NCBI GenBank assembly: GCA_035688305.1
Contig: DASSNC010000111.1
Coordinates: forward strand, 573-64,572
DNA length: 64,000 nt
Direction: 5' to 3'
Source: Rhodanobacteraceae bacterium
GTDB lineage: Bacteria > Pseudomonadota > Gammaproteobacteria > Xanthomonadales > Rhodanobacteraceae
Under the pieces are notes generated by a model that saw only the letters and a program-made list of their open reading frames with translations, did no database searches and was not told where the DNA came from. This document shows, piece by piece, positions 27,879-38,215 of this stretch (position 1 is the first letter of the stretch; each line of letters opens with the position of its first letter). Made by a program: the position numbers and the translations under genes.

Positions 27879-28672
27879 GCGGTGGTCCACGCCGCATTGT
27901 TTGCCTGACGGAAGAACCGACCGAAGTCCTGTATGCCCTCGGCGAGCAGGACCGCATCGTCGGCATCTCGGGTTTCACGGTACGTCCACCGCGTGCGCGC
28001 AAGGAAAAACCGAAAGTCTCGGCGTTCACCAGCGCGAAGATCGACCGAATCCTCGCACTCAAGCCCGACATGGCCATCGGGTTTTCCGATATCCAGGCCG
28101 ACATCGCACGCGAGTTGATCAAGGCTGGAGTCGAGGTATGGATCAGCAACCATCGATCCGTCGACGGGATCCTCGCCTACGTGCGGCGCCTGGGTGCGCT
28201 GGTAGGCGTACCCGCCAAGGCGGAGGCGTACGCCGGTGTGCTGGAGGCGCACGTCGAAACGGTGCGTGCCGCGGGTGCTGCGCTCCCGCGCCATCCGCGC
28301 GTGTATTTCGAGGAATGGGACGAGCCGCTGATCACCGGCATCCAGTGGGTGGCCGAACTGGTCCGCATCGCCGGTGGCGACGACGTGTTTCCCGAGCGGG
28401 CGGCCGAGTCACTGGCGAAGCAGCGCATCCTGGCCGATCCGATGGAAGTCGTACGCCGCCAACCGGACATCATCCTCGCGTCGTGGTGCGGCAAGAAATT
28501 CCAGCCGGACGCGGTGACGGCCCGCGCCGGGTGGCACGCGATTCCCGCCGTGCGCGACGGTGAGCTGCACGAGATCAAGTCGCCGATCATCCTGCAGCCT
28601 GGGCCGGCGGCGCTCACCGACGGGCTTGATGCGATGCATGCGGTCATTGCCCGCTGGGCAGGGCATCGTTGA
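27875..28672 (+). CDS. Fe/B12-type periplasmic-binding-fold protein (BtuF-like, cobalamin-binding family) with no visible signal peptide
   Basis: ORF 27851-28672. A GTG at 27875 gives a GTGA overlap with the pdxH stop; a TTG at 27851 is the alternative. Contains RIVCLTEEPTEVLYALGEQDRIVGISGF and LKPDMAIGF, typical of this fold. Confidence 0.72.
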   Translation: MSGGPRRIVCLTEEPTEVLYALGEQDRIVGISGFTVRPPRARKEKPKVSAFTSAKIDRILALKPDMAIGFSDIQADIARELIKAGVEVWISNHRSVDGILAYVRRLGALVGVPAKAEAYAGVLEAHVETVRAAGAALPRHPRVYFEEWDEPLITGIQWVAELVRIAGGDDVFPERAAESLAKQRILADPMEVVRRQPDIILASWCGKKFQPDAVTARAGWHAIPAVRDGELHEIKSPIILQPGPAALTDGLDAMHAVIARWAGHR

Positions 28673-28757
28673 ACGTGATGATGTCGCTGACGTTGGCTTG
28701 GGCCCACTCGAACAGTGGCATCGGCGTACGGGTTCCGCTCGCCTCTGCGGCGAGCGG

Positions 28758-29275
28758 GCTACTTTTGTTTCGGCAAAAGTAGCCAAAACCATTGCGCCCG
28801 GCGTAGCGGTTTCGGCAACGTCGTGTTGCCGAAACTACCCTTGGTGCTCGCAGATCGCGCGCCGGCGCGAACTCGGCCATCCGTGGCCTCGAACATGCGC
28901 GCCTTGCTCGCGCGATCTGCTGCGCGCCGCGGCGCCACGCAAGGGCGCGTTTGTGGCCCTTGGTCCGGCCATCCATGGCCTCGTTCGAGGCAAGGACAGG
29001 CAGGCCGCTGCGTACTAACCTGCGCGCAGGAAGCGCGCCAGTTGGGGCCCCTCAAACACGGTGGGCGGTCGACGGATCAGCCCGGAGGGTGGCGCACGGG
29101 ATGTGCGCCAGTTTGCCGCAGGGCCATGGATGGCCCGTCGGCAAACCCCGGCGGCCGCGCGCGGACCCGGAGCCCATGGATGGGCGGAGGGCGGGTTTGC
29201 GGGGTGGCCTTCTCTTTGGTGACTTTCTCTTGGCCACACAAGAGAAAGTCACCCGCCCGCCCGGGAGGCGGGCGG
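28758..29275. repeat. Non-coding mosaic of stacked perfect palindromes and CCATGGATGG-type motifs
   Basis: Hairpins at 28758-28783 (10-bp stem), 28809-28835 (11 bp), 29219-29252 (13 bp, gtgactttctctt/aagagaaagtcac) and 29253-29275 (9 bp). There are also five copies of ggccatccatggcc-like palindromes. ORFs here overlap on both strands with no coding signal. Confidence 0.7.
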
Positions 29276-29383
29276 AACAAGCCATGGATGGCGGTTTGCG
29301 ATAACGCGAGGCAACCCGTACGGTGACGCGTCCCGCGAAGCAGGTGAGGTTGATCGTTTTGAGGGAAAACCGGAGCCGTTGCC

Positions 29384-29953
29384 TCAGATGCGATGCCCGA
29401 GATCCATCAGCCACGCCACCGCGACCGTCTCGAACAGCAGGATCACCAGGATTGCCAGCGCTGGCGAAAAATCGAAGCCGCCGATCAGGGGCAACACTTT
29501 GCGGAACGGCTTCAGCACCGGCGCGACGATCTTGCCGAGCAACGGCACCAGCGCATTGCGCGGATCGACGTTGACGTAACTCAGCAGTGCCCACGCGAAT
29601 ATCATCACGAGATAGGCGATCGCGAAGAAGTTCAACACGTCGGCGGCGCCCAGCACCAGCGTGCCGACGTTCGACGACCAGAATCCGGGCGTGACGAAGC
29701 GCAACAGGAAGTTCTTGGCGACTTCGAGGATCCAGATGATCAGCAAGGCCGCGAGATTGATGCGTCGCAGCGTCGGGATCACCGGCCGCAGCGGCGTGAG
29801 GATCGGATTGGTGGCGCGGTACAGGAACTGGCAGATCGGGTTGTAGAAGTCCGCGCGCGTGGCTTCGGCGAGCAGCCGGAATGCGAACAGCGCGACCACC
29901 GCGCCGAACAGGAACTCGATCAGGAGCGTCAGGGCGTTGGCGAGGTAAATCAT
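29384..29953 (-). CDS. yggT: YggT family membrane protein
   Basis: 189 aa, hydrophobic, containing NPICQFLYRATNPILTPLRPVIP. The start overlaps the proC stop (ATGA), giving the conserved proC-yggT order. Confidence 0.85.
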   Translation of the reverse strand: MIYLANALTLLIEFLFGAVVALFAFRLLAEATRADFYNPICQFLYRATNPILTPLRPVIPTLRRINLAALLIIWILEVAKNFLLRFVTPGFWSSNVGTLVLGAADVLNFFAIAYLVMIFAWALLSYVNVDPRNALVPLLGKIVAPVLKPFRKVLPLIGGFDFSPALAILVILLFETVAVAWLMDLGHRI

Positions 29954-30813
29954 TCCGCGCGGTCCAGCTCGGCCGACATTTCGGCCCCGCGTTGACGCGC
30001 TGCTGCCAGCGCACTTTCAACCAGTGCGCGCAGCCCGCCTTGCTCGAACGTTTCCAACGCCGCGGCGGTGGTGCCGTGCGGGGAGGTGACGCGGCGGCGC
30101 AGCTCCGCGGGGGGCTCACTGCTTTCGGTCAGCATGCGTCCGGCGCCGAGGCAGGTTTGCGCCGCCAGCGCTCGCGCCGTGTCGCGCGGCAGGCCCAGCT
30201 TCACGGCGGCATCTTCCATGGCCTCGACCAGCAGGAAGAAGTACGCGGGTCCCGAACCGGACAACCCCGTAACGGTGTCCATCTGCGCCTCGTCGTCGAT
30301 CCAGCGCACCACGCCAGCCGCGCCCAGGATGCCCTCGGCCAGCGCATGCTGTGCCGTGCTGACGTTGCCGTTGGCGCACAGCCCACTTGCGCCTGCGCCA
30401 ACCAGTGCCGGCGTATTCGGCATGCAACGAACGATCGCATGCTGCGGGCCAAGCAGTCGTTCAAGTTGCGCGATGCGGATGCCGGCTGCAATGGAAATCA
30501 CCAGCGGATTGGCGCCGCGCAGCGAACCTGCCAGGGCGACGCAGACCTCGCTCATCACCTGCGGTTTCACCGCCAGGACCACGCAGTCGGCACCGTTGAC
30601 GGCATCCGCGTTTTCCGCGAACACTTGCACCCCGAATTCCTGCGCCAACGCGTCGCGCGCTTCGGCCCGTGGTTCGGCGACCCGGATTGATGCGGCTTGT
30701 GCGCCGCGCGCAATCTGCGCGCCGATCAGGCTGCGCGCCATGTTGCCGCCGCCGATGAAGGCAATGGCCGGAGGCTGGGAGCCTTGGGCGCGCGGGTCAT
30801 TACGCTCGGTCAT
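29950..30813 (-). CDS. proC: Pyrroline-5-carboxylate reductase
   Basis: The ATG at 30813 gives MTERNDPRAQGSQPPAIAFIGGGNMARSLI.... C-terminal TSPHGTTAAALE motif. Confidence 0.92.
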   Translation of the reverse strand: MTERNDPRAQGSQPPAIAFIGGGNMARSLIGAQIARGAQAASIRVAEPRAEARDALAQEFGVQVFAENADAVNGADCVVLAVKPQVMSEVCVALAGSLRGANPLVISIAAGIRIAQLERLLGPQHAIVRCMPNTPALVGAGASGLCANGNVSTAQHALAEGILGAAGVVRWIDDEAQMDTVTGLSGSGPAYFFLLVEAMEDAAVKLGLPRDTARALAAQTCLGAGRMLTESSEPPAELRRRVTSPHGTTAAALETFEQGGLRALVESALAAARQRGAEMSAELDRAE

Positions 30814-30873
30814 GGCTTGAACGCCTTTCGTCAATTCACAAGGCGGTGATTGTAGCTGTGGGGATGGATTGCC

Positions 30874-31622
30874 TTCAGGCGATCGCCAAGCCGCCTCGTT
30901 GCAGGTTGGGTTGCGTGTCGTAGGTTGGGTTGGATGCAATGAAGCCCAACGGAATCCGCGTGCGCTATCTGAACCGCCCCGTAGGTTGGGTTGACCCCGA
31001 ATTTATTCGGGGGAAGCCCAACAAGATTTCCCAGCTCGCGTTGGGCTTCGCCGGAAGAAGCCCGGCTCAGCCCAACCTACGGGTTCCAGGCGATCGCCAA
31101 GCCGCCTCGTTGCAGGTTGGGGTGCGTGTCGTAGGTTGGGCTGGATGCAATGAAGCCCAACGGAATCCGCGTGCGCCATCTGAACCGCCTCGTAGGTTGG
31201 GTTGACCCCGAATTTATTCGGGGCAAGCCCAACAAGATTTCCCAGCTCGCGTTGGGCTTCGCCGGAAGAAGCCCGGCTCAGCCCAACCTACGGGTTTCAG
31301 GCGAGCGCCACGTGTCGTGGGTTGCGTTGGATGCAATGAAGCCCAACGGGTCCACGCGAGATCGTGTTGGGCTTCGCGAAGATCCGCTCAGCCCAACCTA
31401 CGGGTTTCAGGCGATCGCCACGTGTCGTGGGTCGGGTTGGATGCAATGAAGCCCAACGGGTCCACGCGAGATCGTGTTGGGCTTCGCGAAGATCCGCTCA
31501 GCCCAACCTACGGGTTTCAGGCGATCGCCACGTGTCGTAGGTTGGGCTGAATGCAATGAAGCCCAACAGGTTGGCGCGGGATTGTGTTGGGCTTCGCGAA
31601 GAGCCGCTCAGCCCAACCTACG
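30874..31622. repeat. REP-type palindromic element array: two units of about 211 bp followed by three units of about 110 bp
   Basis: Repeated gtaggttgggctg...aagcccaac palindromes separated by caggcgatcgcc. The unit periods were measured from the repeated cag positions (30877/31088 and 31300/31410/31520). Confidence 0.88.
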
Positions 31623-31652
31623 TTACGCCCGAGTCCCGAATCTCGGTGGCTT

Positions 31653-34600
31653 TCAGCTTTGCGCCGCCAGCTTGCGGCGTGCCCGCTCGGCCTTGCGAGC
31701 CGCCTTGCGCTCGCGGCGCCGGTTCGCGCGGTTGCCGAAGACAAGGTAGATCGCAGGCGTCGAAAGCAGGGTCAGGCTTTGCGAGAAGATCAGGCCGCCG
31801 AACATCGCGATGCCGAGTGGGCGGCGCAGGTCGGCTCCGGTACCGAAACCGATCAGCAGCGGCACCGAGGCCAGGATCGCGACCATCGTGGTCATCATGA
31901 TCGGGCGGAACCGCACCAGGCAGGCCTCGCGCACCGCGTCCAGCGGTGTCTTGCCCTCGCGTTGCGCGACCAGCGCGAAGTCGATCATCATGATCGCGTT
32001 CTTTTTCACCAGCCCGATCAGCAGGATCAGCGCCATGATCGCGACGATCGACAACGGCGTGCCGGTGACCTTGAGCGCCAGCAGCGCGCCAACACCCGCG
32101 GCCGGCAAGGTCGAAAGAATCGTGACCGGGTGGATCAGGTTTTCGTACAACATGCCGAGCACCAGATACACCGCGAGGATCGCGCCCAGCAGCAACAGCG
32201 GCATCATCGCCATCTGTTGCTCGAAGCGCCGGAAGAAATCGCCCAGGCCGAGCTTGATGTCGCCGGGCATGCGCATTTCGGAGATCGTCCTGTTGATCTG
32301 CGCGGTGGCCTCGCCCATGCTCACGCCCGGCGCGAGGTTGAACGACAGCGACATGCTGGTCATCTGGTTGATGTGCTCGATCTCGCTGGGCGCGATGGTG
32401 GCCTCCTGATGCGCGATCGCGCTGATCGGGATCATCTGCCCGCTGGATGAGCGCACATGGATGGTGTTGAGTGCTGCTGGTGAAGCAGTCTGCGATGGCA
32501 GCGCCGTCATCACCACTTGATACTGGTTGCTGTCGGAATAGATCGTCGAGATCGGGCGTTGCCCGAAAGCGTTGTACAGCGCGTCGTCGACCGTGGCCAT
32601 CGACACGCCCAGCCGCGAGGCCTTGGCGCGGTCGACCACCATGTTCTGCATCAGCGAACCGTCGTCGAGGTCGGTGCCAACGTTGCGGAAGATCGGGTTC
32701 TTCTTCAGTTCCGCCTGCAACTTCGGCAGCCACTCCTCAAGTTCGACGGCGCTGTTGCTCTGCAGGTTCACGCTGTATTGGCCACCCTGGCTGCTGCCAC
32801 CGCCGCCGCCGCCCAGGTCCTGCAGGGCGCGGAAGCGCACGTCGAGGTCGGGGTAGCGGTCGACCTTGGCCGACAGCCGCGCCACCACGTCCTGGGTGGA
32901 CTTCTCGCGGCCGTGACCCAGCGGTTTCAGCTGCACGCTGAACCAGCCGCTGGCACCGCGGCGGCTGGTGCCGATCGACGCGCCCACGTATTCAACCGCC
33001 GGATCGGCGCGCAACATCTTCACCAGCGCGCTGGTGCGGCTTTCAAGATCCGTGAACGACATCGTCACGCCACCGCTGGCGCGGCCCCAGATCAGGCCTG
33101 TGTCCTGCGGCGGGAAGGCCGTGCCGGGCAGGGCGGTGAAGAGGTAGATCGTCAAGGCCAGCAGTGCCAGCGGCGACCACGCCATCAACTTCGGATGCCG
33201 GTACAGCGACCAGTCGAGCGTGCGGGTATAGACCTTCAGCATGCCGGCATGGAAGCCGTCCAGCATGCGTGACAACTTCGATGGGGTGGCCTTGGCCTCC
33301 GCCTCGTGGTGACGCAGGAAGCGGCCACACAGCGCCGGCGTCAGCGTCAGCGAGACCAACATCGACACGAAGATCGCGGCGATCACCGTCACCGTGAATT
33401 CGCGGAACCACATGCCGATGAACGAGGGCGCGAACAGGATCGGCATGAACACGGCGATCAGCGAGGCCGTGATCGCGATGATGGTGAAGCCGATTTCCCT
33501 GGCGCCGAGGAGTGCCGCTTCGAGGCGCGACTTGTTCTCGTCGAGGTGGCGCATGATGTTCTCGATCACCACGATCGCGTCGTCGACCACGAAGGTCAGT
33601 GCGATCACCAGCGCCAGCAACGACAAATTGTCGAGCGTGTAATCGAGCGCGTACATCACGATGAAGGCGCCGCACAACGACAAGGGCACGGCCGCGGCTG
33701 CAATCAGCGTGGGCGCGAGCCGGCGCAGGAACACCGCCATGGTCAGCACCACCATCGCGAGGCTGATCAACAAGGTGAGCTGGACGTCGTTGACCGAGTT
33801 GCGGATGGTGGACGTTTCATCGAAGTACGAGGTCAATTTCGTGCCGGGTGGCAGCAGGTTCTGCAGCCCCGGCAATTCCCGCTTGACGCTGTCCACCGTT
33901 GCGATCACGTTGGCGTCGGAGCGCTTGTAGATCTGCAGCTGGATCGAGCGCTTGCCGTTGAAGTAGGCGGCCTGGAACTGGTCTTCGGCGCCCTGATAGA
34001 CGTTGGCGACATCCCGCAGGTACACCGGCGTGCCGTTGTGCGTGGCGACCACGAGGTTGGCGAAATCGGCGGCGGTGCGCAGCTTGTCGGTCGCGACGAT
34101 GGTGGTGGTGATGTCGCCGTCGGTCAGGAAGCCCTGTGGCGAGGTCACGTTGGCGGCCGTGACCGCATTGCGGATCTGGTTGCTCGACAGCCCCAGCGAT
34201 GCGAGCTTGTGCAGGTCGACGTCCACCCGCACTGCCGGTTGCGCGCTGCCCGAAACGTCGACCGAGGCCACGCCGGGAAGCTGGCTGAGGCGCGGCTGCA
34301 ACAGGGTGTTGGCGGCGTCGAACAGCTCCGACATCGGCTGGGTGTCGGAGGTAAGCGCCAAGGTCAAGACTGGATCGTCGTTGGGATTGGCCTTGTGCCA
34401 CTGCGGCATCGACAACCCGGTGGGCAGGTCAGGCACCGCTGCGTTGATCGCGGCATCGACTTCCTGCGCGGCCGTGTTGATGTCGACATCGGAATCGAAC
34501 AACAGCAACACGAAGGCGCTGCCGTTGGAGCTGCGTGAACGCATCATGTCGATGCCGGGGATCTGGCCGAGGTGGCGCTCCAGCGGTGCGGTCACCGTGC

Positions 34601-34781
34601 TCGAAATGGTGGTGGCGTTGGCGCCGGGTTCGCTCGCCGAAACCCAGATCGCCGGGAACGACACCTGCGGCAACGCGCTGATCCCGAGCAGCGTGTAGCA
34701 CAGCGCACCGATTGCCAGCACGCCCGCTGCGAGCAGCGAGGTGCCGATGGGGCGTCGAATGAATGGGCCGGAGATGTTCAT
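31653..34781 (-). CDS. mdtC: RND multidrug efflux permease, second of a tandem pair (MdtC-type)
   Basis: 1042 aa starting MNISGPFIRRPIGTSLLAAGVLAIG, with 12-TM RND architecture. Downstream of a paralogous RND gene and a membrane fusion protein gene. Confidence 0.85.
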   Translation of the reverse strand: MNISGPFIRRPIGTSLLAAGVLAIGALCYTLLGISALPQVSFPAIWVSASEPGANATTISSTVTAPLERHLGQIPGIDMMRSRSSNGSAFVLLLFDSDVDINTAAQEVDAAINAAVPDLPTGLSMPQWHKANPNDDPVLTLALTSDTQPMSELFDAANTLLQPRLSQLPGVASVDVSGSAQPAVRVDVDLHKLASLGLSSNQIRNAVTAANVTSPQGFLTDGDITTTIVATDKLRTAADFANLVVATHNGTPVYLRDVANVYQGAEDQFQAAYFNGKRSIQLQIYKRSDANVIATVDSVKRELPGLQNLLPPGTKLTSYFDETSTIRNSVNDVQLTLLISLAMVVLTMAVFLRRLAPTLIAAAAVPLSLCGAFIVMYALDYTLDNLSLLALVIALTFVVDDAIVVIENIMRHLDENKSRLEAALLGAREIGFTIIAITASLIAVFMPILFAPSFIGMWFREFTVTVIAAIFVSMLVSLTLTPALCGRFLRHHEAEAKATPSKLSRMLDGFHAGMLKVYTRTLDWSLYRHPKLMAWSPLALLALTIYLFTALPGTAFPPQDTGLIWGRASGGVTMSFTDLESRTSALVKMLRADPAVEYVGASIGTSRRGASGWFSVQLKPLGHGREKSTQDVVARLSAKVDRYPDLDVRFRALQDLGGGGGGSSQGGQYSVNLQSNSAVELEEWLPKLQAELKKNPIFRNVGTDLDDGSLMQNMVVDRAKASRLGVSMATVDDALYNAFGQRPISTIYSDSNQYQVVMTALPSQTASPAALNTIHVRSSSGQMIPISAIAHQEATIAPSEIEHINQMTSMSLSFNLAPGVSMGEATAQINRTISEMRMPGDIKLGLGDFFRRFEQQMAMMPLLLLGAILAVYLVLGMLYENLIHPVTILSTLPAAGVGALLALKVTGTPLSIVAIMALILLIGLVKKNAIMMIDFALVAQREGKTPLDAVREACLVRFRPIMMTTMVAILASVPLLIGFGTGADLRRPLGIAMFGGLIFSQSLTLLSTPAIYLVFGNRANRRRERKAARKAERARRKLAAQS

Positions 34782-34956
34782 GGCGCCACGGCGGGGGATT
34801 GGAGACGGGTAATGGGGGTGCGTGCAGCGGACATCTCCGCCAGAGCGGAATACCTGGCCGCGGCGTTCGGCAATCCCTGCCGCCCGCGTTGCACGGACGG
34901 TTCGTTCGGAGCGCCCCCACTACCCGCCTTCCGTCCCCGCGCATGTGCCGTGGCCA

Positions 34957-37900
34957 TCAGGAACCCTCGGCGGGCGCATGCGCCAGTTCGGCATGACGTT
35001 GTCCGAAACGCTCCCGCAGCCACTCGCTGAAGCGCTCCATGTACAGGTAGATCACCGGCGTGGTGTACAGCGTCACCAGTTGCGAGAGCAGCAGGCCGCC
35101 GACGATCGAGATGCCCAGCGGTTGCCGGAGCTCCGCGCCGATGCCGTTGCCGAGTGCCAGCGGCAGCGCGCCGAACAGCGCCGCGAAAGTGGTCATCATG
35201 ATTGGCCGGAAACGCAGCAGGCAGGCGCGCCGGATCGCGTCGTGCGGGTTCATGCCGCCGCGTTGCGCGGTGATCGCAAAGTCGATCATCAGGATCGCGT
35301 TCTTCTTCACGATGCCGATCAACAGCACGATGCCGACGATTCCGTCCACCGACAGCGGCAACCCGAAGATGATCAACGCCAGCAACGCGCCGACGCCGGC
35401 CGGCGGCAGGGTCGAAAGGATCGTCAGCGGGTGGATGTAGCTTTCATACAGCACGCCCAGCACGATGTAGATCACGATGATCGCGGCCAGCAGCAACAGC
35501 ACTTCGTTGCCGAGCGAAGAGGAGAATTCCGCTGCCTTGCCGATGAAGCCGGCACGGATTTGTGCGGGCAGGTTCTGCGATGCTGCGACGCCGTTGATCG
35601 CATCGACCGCCTGCGACAGCGAATAGCCGGGCGCGACGTTGAACGAGATGATCACCGCCGGCAGCTGGTTCTGGTGGGCGATTACCAGGGGTGCGTCGGT
35701 GACGGTCGCCGACGCCAGCGCCGACAATGGCACGGTGCCGCCGCCGCCCAACTGGATGCCGGTGTTCGACTGCCCGATGCCGGTCGAAGTCGACGAATTG
35801 GACGACTTCAACATGCCGAGGCTGGTGGCGTTGCTGCCGGTCAGCGCGCCACTGGCGCCGTTCGAGCGCACCCGCAGCATGTTCATGAGGTCGGAACGGT
35901 TGCGGAATTGCGGCGCGACCTCCAGCACCACCCGGTACTGGTTCTGCTGGGTGAAGATGGTCGAAATCTGGCGCTGGCCGTAGGCGTCGTACAGGGTGTC
36001 ATCGATGGTCTGCACCGGCACGCCGAGGCGGCTCGCGGCGGTACGGTCGATGTTAAGCTGCAGCGCGCGTCCGTTTGCCGCGAGGTTGTCGGAGACGTCC
36101 GTGACCTCGGGCAATTGCCGGATCGCGGCCAGCATCTTGCGGGCGTACGGTGCAAGGTCGGTCGCGCTCACTTCCGACAATGCGTATTGGTACTCCGTCG
36201 GTGCGACCGTCGAGTCGAGCGTGATGTCCTGCACCGGCTTCAGGAACAGTTCCACGCCCGGAATGCCTGCGACATCGTGCTGCAGGCTGGCCACGACGTC
36301 GCGCAGGCTGCCGCGCTGGCCGCGCGGCTTCAGCACGATGCTGACCTGGCCCTGGTTGAGCGTGGGATTGATCGTGCCTGCGCCGATGAATGCCGCGACG
36401 CCGGCCACCGCCGGATCGCGCCGCAAGGCCGCGGTGACGGCCTGGGTGTGCTTTTCCATCGCCGGAAACGCGATGTCGTTGTCGGCTTGCACCACGCCCG
36501 TGATGAGGCCGGTGTCCTGCTCGGGCAACAGGTCTTTCGGGATCGCCACGTACAAGACGATCGTCACCGCCACCGAGGCCAGCGCAATCAGGATGGTGGT
36601 GCGTTGGTGTGCCAGTACCCAGTCAAGCGTGACTTCGTACCAATACAGCATCTTGGCGTAGAAGCCCCGCCGGTTCTGCAACGCGGCTTCGTCACCCTGC
36701 GGCAGTGAGCCGGGCTTCAAGAGGTAAGCACACATCATCGGCGTGAGTGTCAGCGACACGACCATCGAGATTGCAACCGCAATGGTGAGCACCCACGCGA
36801 ATTCGTGGAACAGGCGGCCGGTGACGCCGGGCATCAGCAACAGCGGCAGGAATACCGCGATCAGGGAAACCGTCAACGACAGCACGGTGAAGGCGATTTC
36901 GCGCGAACCGATCTCGGCTGCCTCGCGGCCGCCCTTGCCCTTTTCGATGTAGCGCACGATGTTCTCGATCATCACGATCGCATCGTCCACCACGAAGCCG
37001 GTGGCCACAGTCAGTGCCATCAACGACAGGTTGTCCAGCGAGAACCCTGCGAACGCCATCACCGCGAAGGTGCCGACCAGCGACAGGGGCACCGCGACGG
37101 CGGGGATCAAGGTCGCCCACAACCGCCGCAGGAACGCGAAGATCACCGCCACCACCAGCGCGATCGCCAGCAGCAGGGTCATCTCCACGTCGTGCACCGA
37201 GGCGCGGATCGTCACCGTGCGGTCGGCGAACACCGACAGATGCACGCCCGCGGGCAGCGTCGCGCGCAACTCGGGCAGGGTCTGCTCGATCTGGTCGACG
37301 GTCTTGATGATGTTGGCGCCGGGCTGGCGGCGGATGTCCATCAGTACCGCGGGTTTCCCGTTCGCCCAGGCGGCCAGCTGGTCGTTCTCGACGCCCTCGA
37401 TCACGTCGGCGACGTCCGACAGTCGCACCGACGCGCCATTCTTGTAGGCAATGATGGTGTTGGCGTAATCGGTCGCGCTTTGCAACTGGTCGTTGGTGCC
37501 GATCACGTAGGTCTGCACCGCGCCGTTCAACGAGCCCTTGGCGGCGTTGACGTTGGCCTGCGTCAGCGAGCTGCGGATATCCTCCATGGTCAGGCCGAGG
37601 TTGCCGAGCTTGCCCGGATCGACCTGCACGCGCACCGCCGGACGCACGTTGCCGGCGATCGACACCAGCCCGACGCCCGGCACCTGCGCGAGGCGTTGGG
37701 AGAGGATCGAGTCGGCGAAATTGTTGACGTCGCGCAACGGCAGGCTGTCGGAAGTGAGCGTGAGCGTCAGGATCGGCGCATCGGCTGGATTGACGCGCTT
37801 GTACACCGGCGGATAGGGCAGGCTGCCCGGCAGGCGTGCGGTGCGCAACGCCGACTGCACGTCCTGCGAGGCGACGTCGAGGTCGGTGTTCATCGCGAAC

Positions 37901-38181
37901 TGCAGGGTGATGGTTGACAGCCCCGAGGCGCTGTTCGAGCTCATCATCGTGAGCCCGGAAATCTGGCCGAGCTGCTGTTCCAGCGGCGTCGTCACCAGGG
38001 TCGCGACGGTGGTCGCGCTGGCACCCGGGTATTGCGTGCTGACCACCAGGCTGGGCGCCTCGATTTCCGGCAGGGCGGAAACCGGCAGCGCCTTGTAGCC
38101 GATGATGCCCAGCAGCAACACCGCCAGCATCAACAACGAGGTGGCGATCGGTCGGCGGATGAAGAGGCTGGAGAAGCTCAT
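34957..38181 (-). CDS. mdtB: RND multidrug efflux permease, first of a tandem pair (MdtB-type)
   Basis: 1074 aa starting MSFSSLFIRRPIATSLLMLAVLLLG. RND family. Confidence 0.85.
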   Translation of the reverse strand: MSFSSLFIRRPIATSLLMLAVLLLGIIGYKALPVSALPEIEAPSLVVSTQYPGASATTVATLVTTPLEQQLGQISGLTMMSSNSASGLSTITLQFAMNTDLDVASQDVQSALRTARLPGSLPYPPVYKRVNPADAPILTLTLTSDSLPLRDVNNFADSILSQRLAQVPGVGLVSIAGNVRPAVRVQVDPGKLGNLGLTMEDIRSSLTQANVNAAKGSLNGAVQTYVIGTNDQLQSATDYANTIIAYKNGASVRLSDVADVIEGVENDQLAAWANGKPAVLMDIRRQPGANIIKTVDQIEQTLPELRATLPAGVHLSVFADRTVTIRASVHDVEMTLLLAIALVVAVIFAFLRRLWATLIPAVAVPLSLVGTFAVMAFAGFSLDNLSLMALTVATGFVVDDAIVMIENIVRYIEKGKGGREAAEIGSREIAFTVLSLTVSLIAVFLPLLLMPGVTGRLFHEFAWVLTIAVAISMVVSLTLTPMMCAYLLKPGSLPQGDEAALQNRRGFYAKMLYWYEVTLDWVLAHQRTTILIALASVAVTIVLYVAIPKDLLPEQDTGLITGVVQADNDIAFPAMEKHTQAVTAALRRDPAVAGVAAFIGAGTINPTLNQGQVSIVLKPRGQRGSLRDVVASLQHDVAGIPGVELFLKPVQDITLDSTVAPTEYQYALSEVSATDLAPYARKMLAAIRQLPEVTDVSDNLAANGRALQLNIDRTAASRLGVPVQTIDDTLYDAYGQRQISTIFTQQNQYRVVLEVAPQFRNRSDLMNMLRVRSNGASGALTGSNATSLGMLKSSNSSTSTGIGQSNTGIQLGGGGTVPLSALASATVTDAPLVIAHQNQLPAVIISFNVAPGYSLSQAVDAINGVAASQNLPAQIRAGFIGKAAEFSSSLGNEVLLLLAAIIVIYIVLGVLYESYIHPLTILSTLPPAGVGALLALIIFGLPLSVDGIVGIVLLIGIVKKNAILMIDFAITAQRGGMNPHDAIRRACLLRFRPIMMTTFAALFGALPLALGNGIGAELRQPLGISIVGGLLLSQLVTLYTTPVIYLYMERFSEWLRERFGQRHAELAHAPAEGS

Positions 38182-38215
38182 GCTCGCGGGACTCGGGACC
38201 CGTCGATCGTGTTCA

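Noticed and set aside
30874-31622. Possible CRISPR array, suggested by regularly spaced palindromic repeats.
   Set aside because: The sequences between the palindromes are themselves repeated from unit to unit, so there are no unique spacers. The unit lengths (about 211 and 110 bp) and the absence of cas genes do not fit CRISPR. It is a REP-type array.
30930-31900. A series of 77-114-aa ORFs with repeated peptides (MKPNGIRVR..., ...LGFAGRSPAQPNLR...) in the proC-mdtC spacer.
   Set aside because: The repeated peptides simply mirror the REP DNA repeats. ORFs occur in several frames and on both strands, and none has start-site support.
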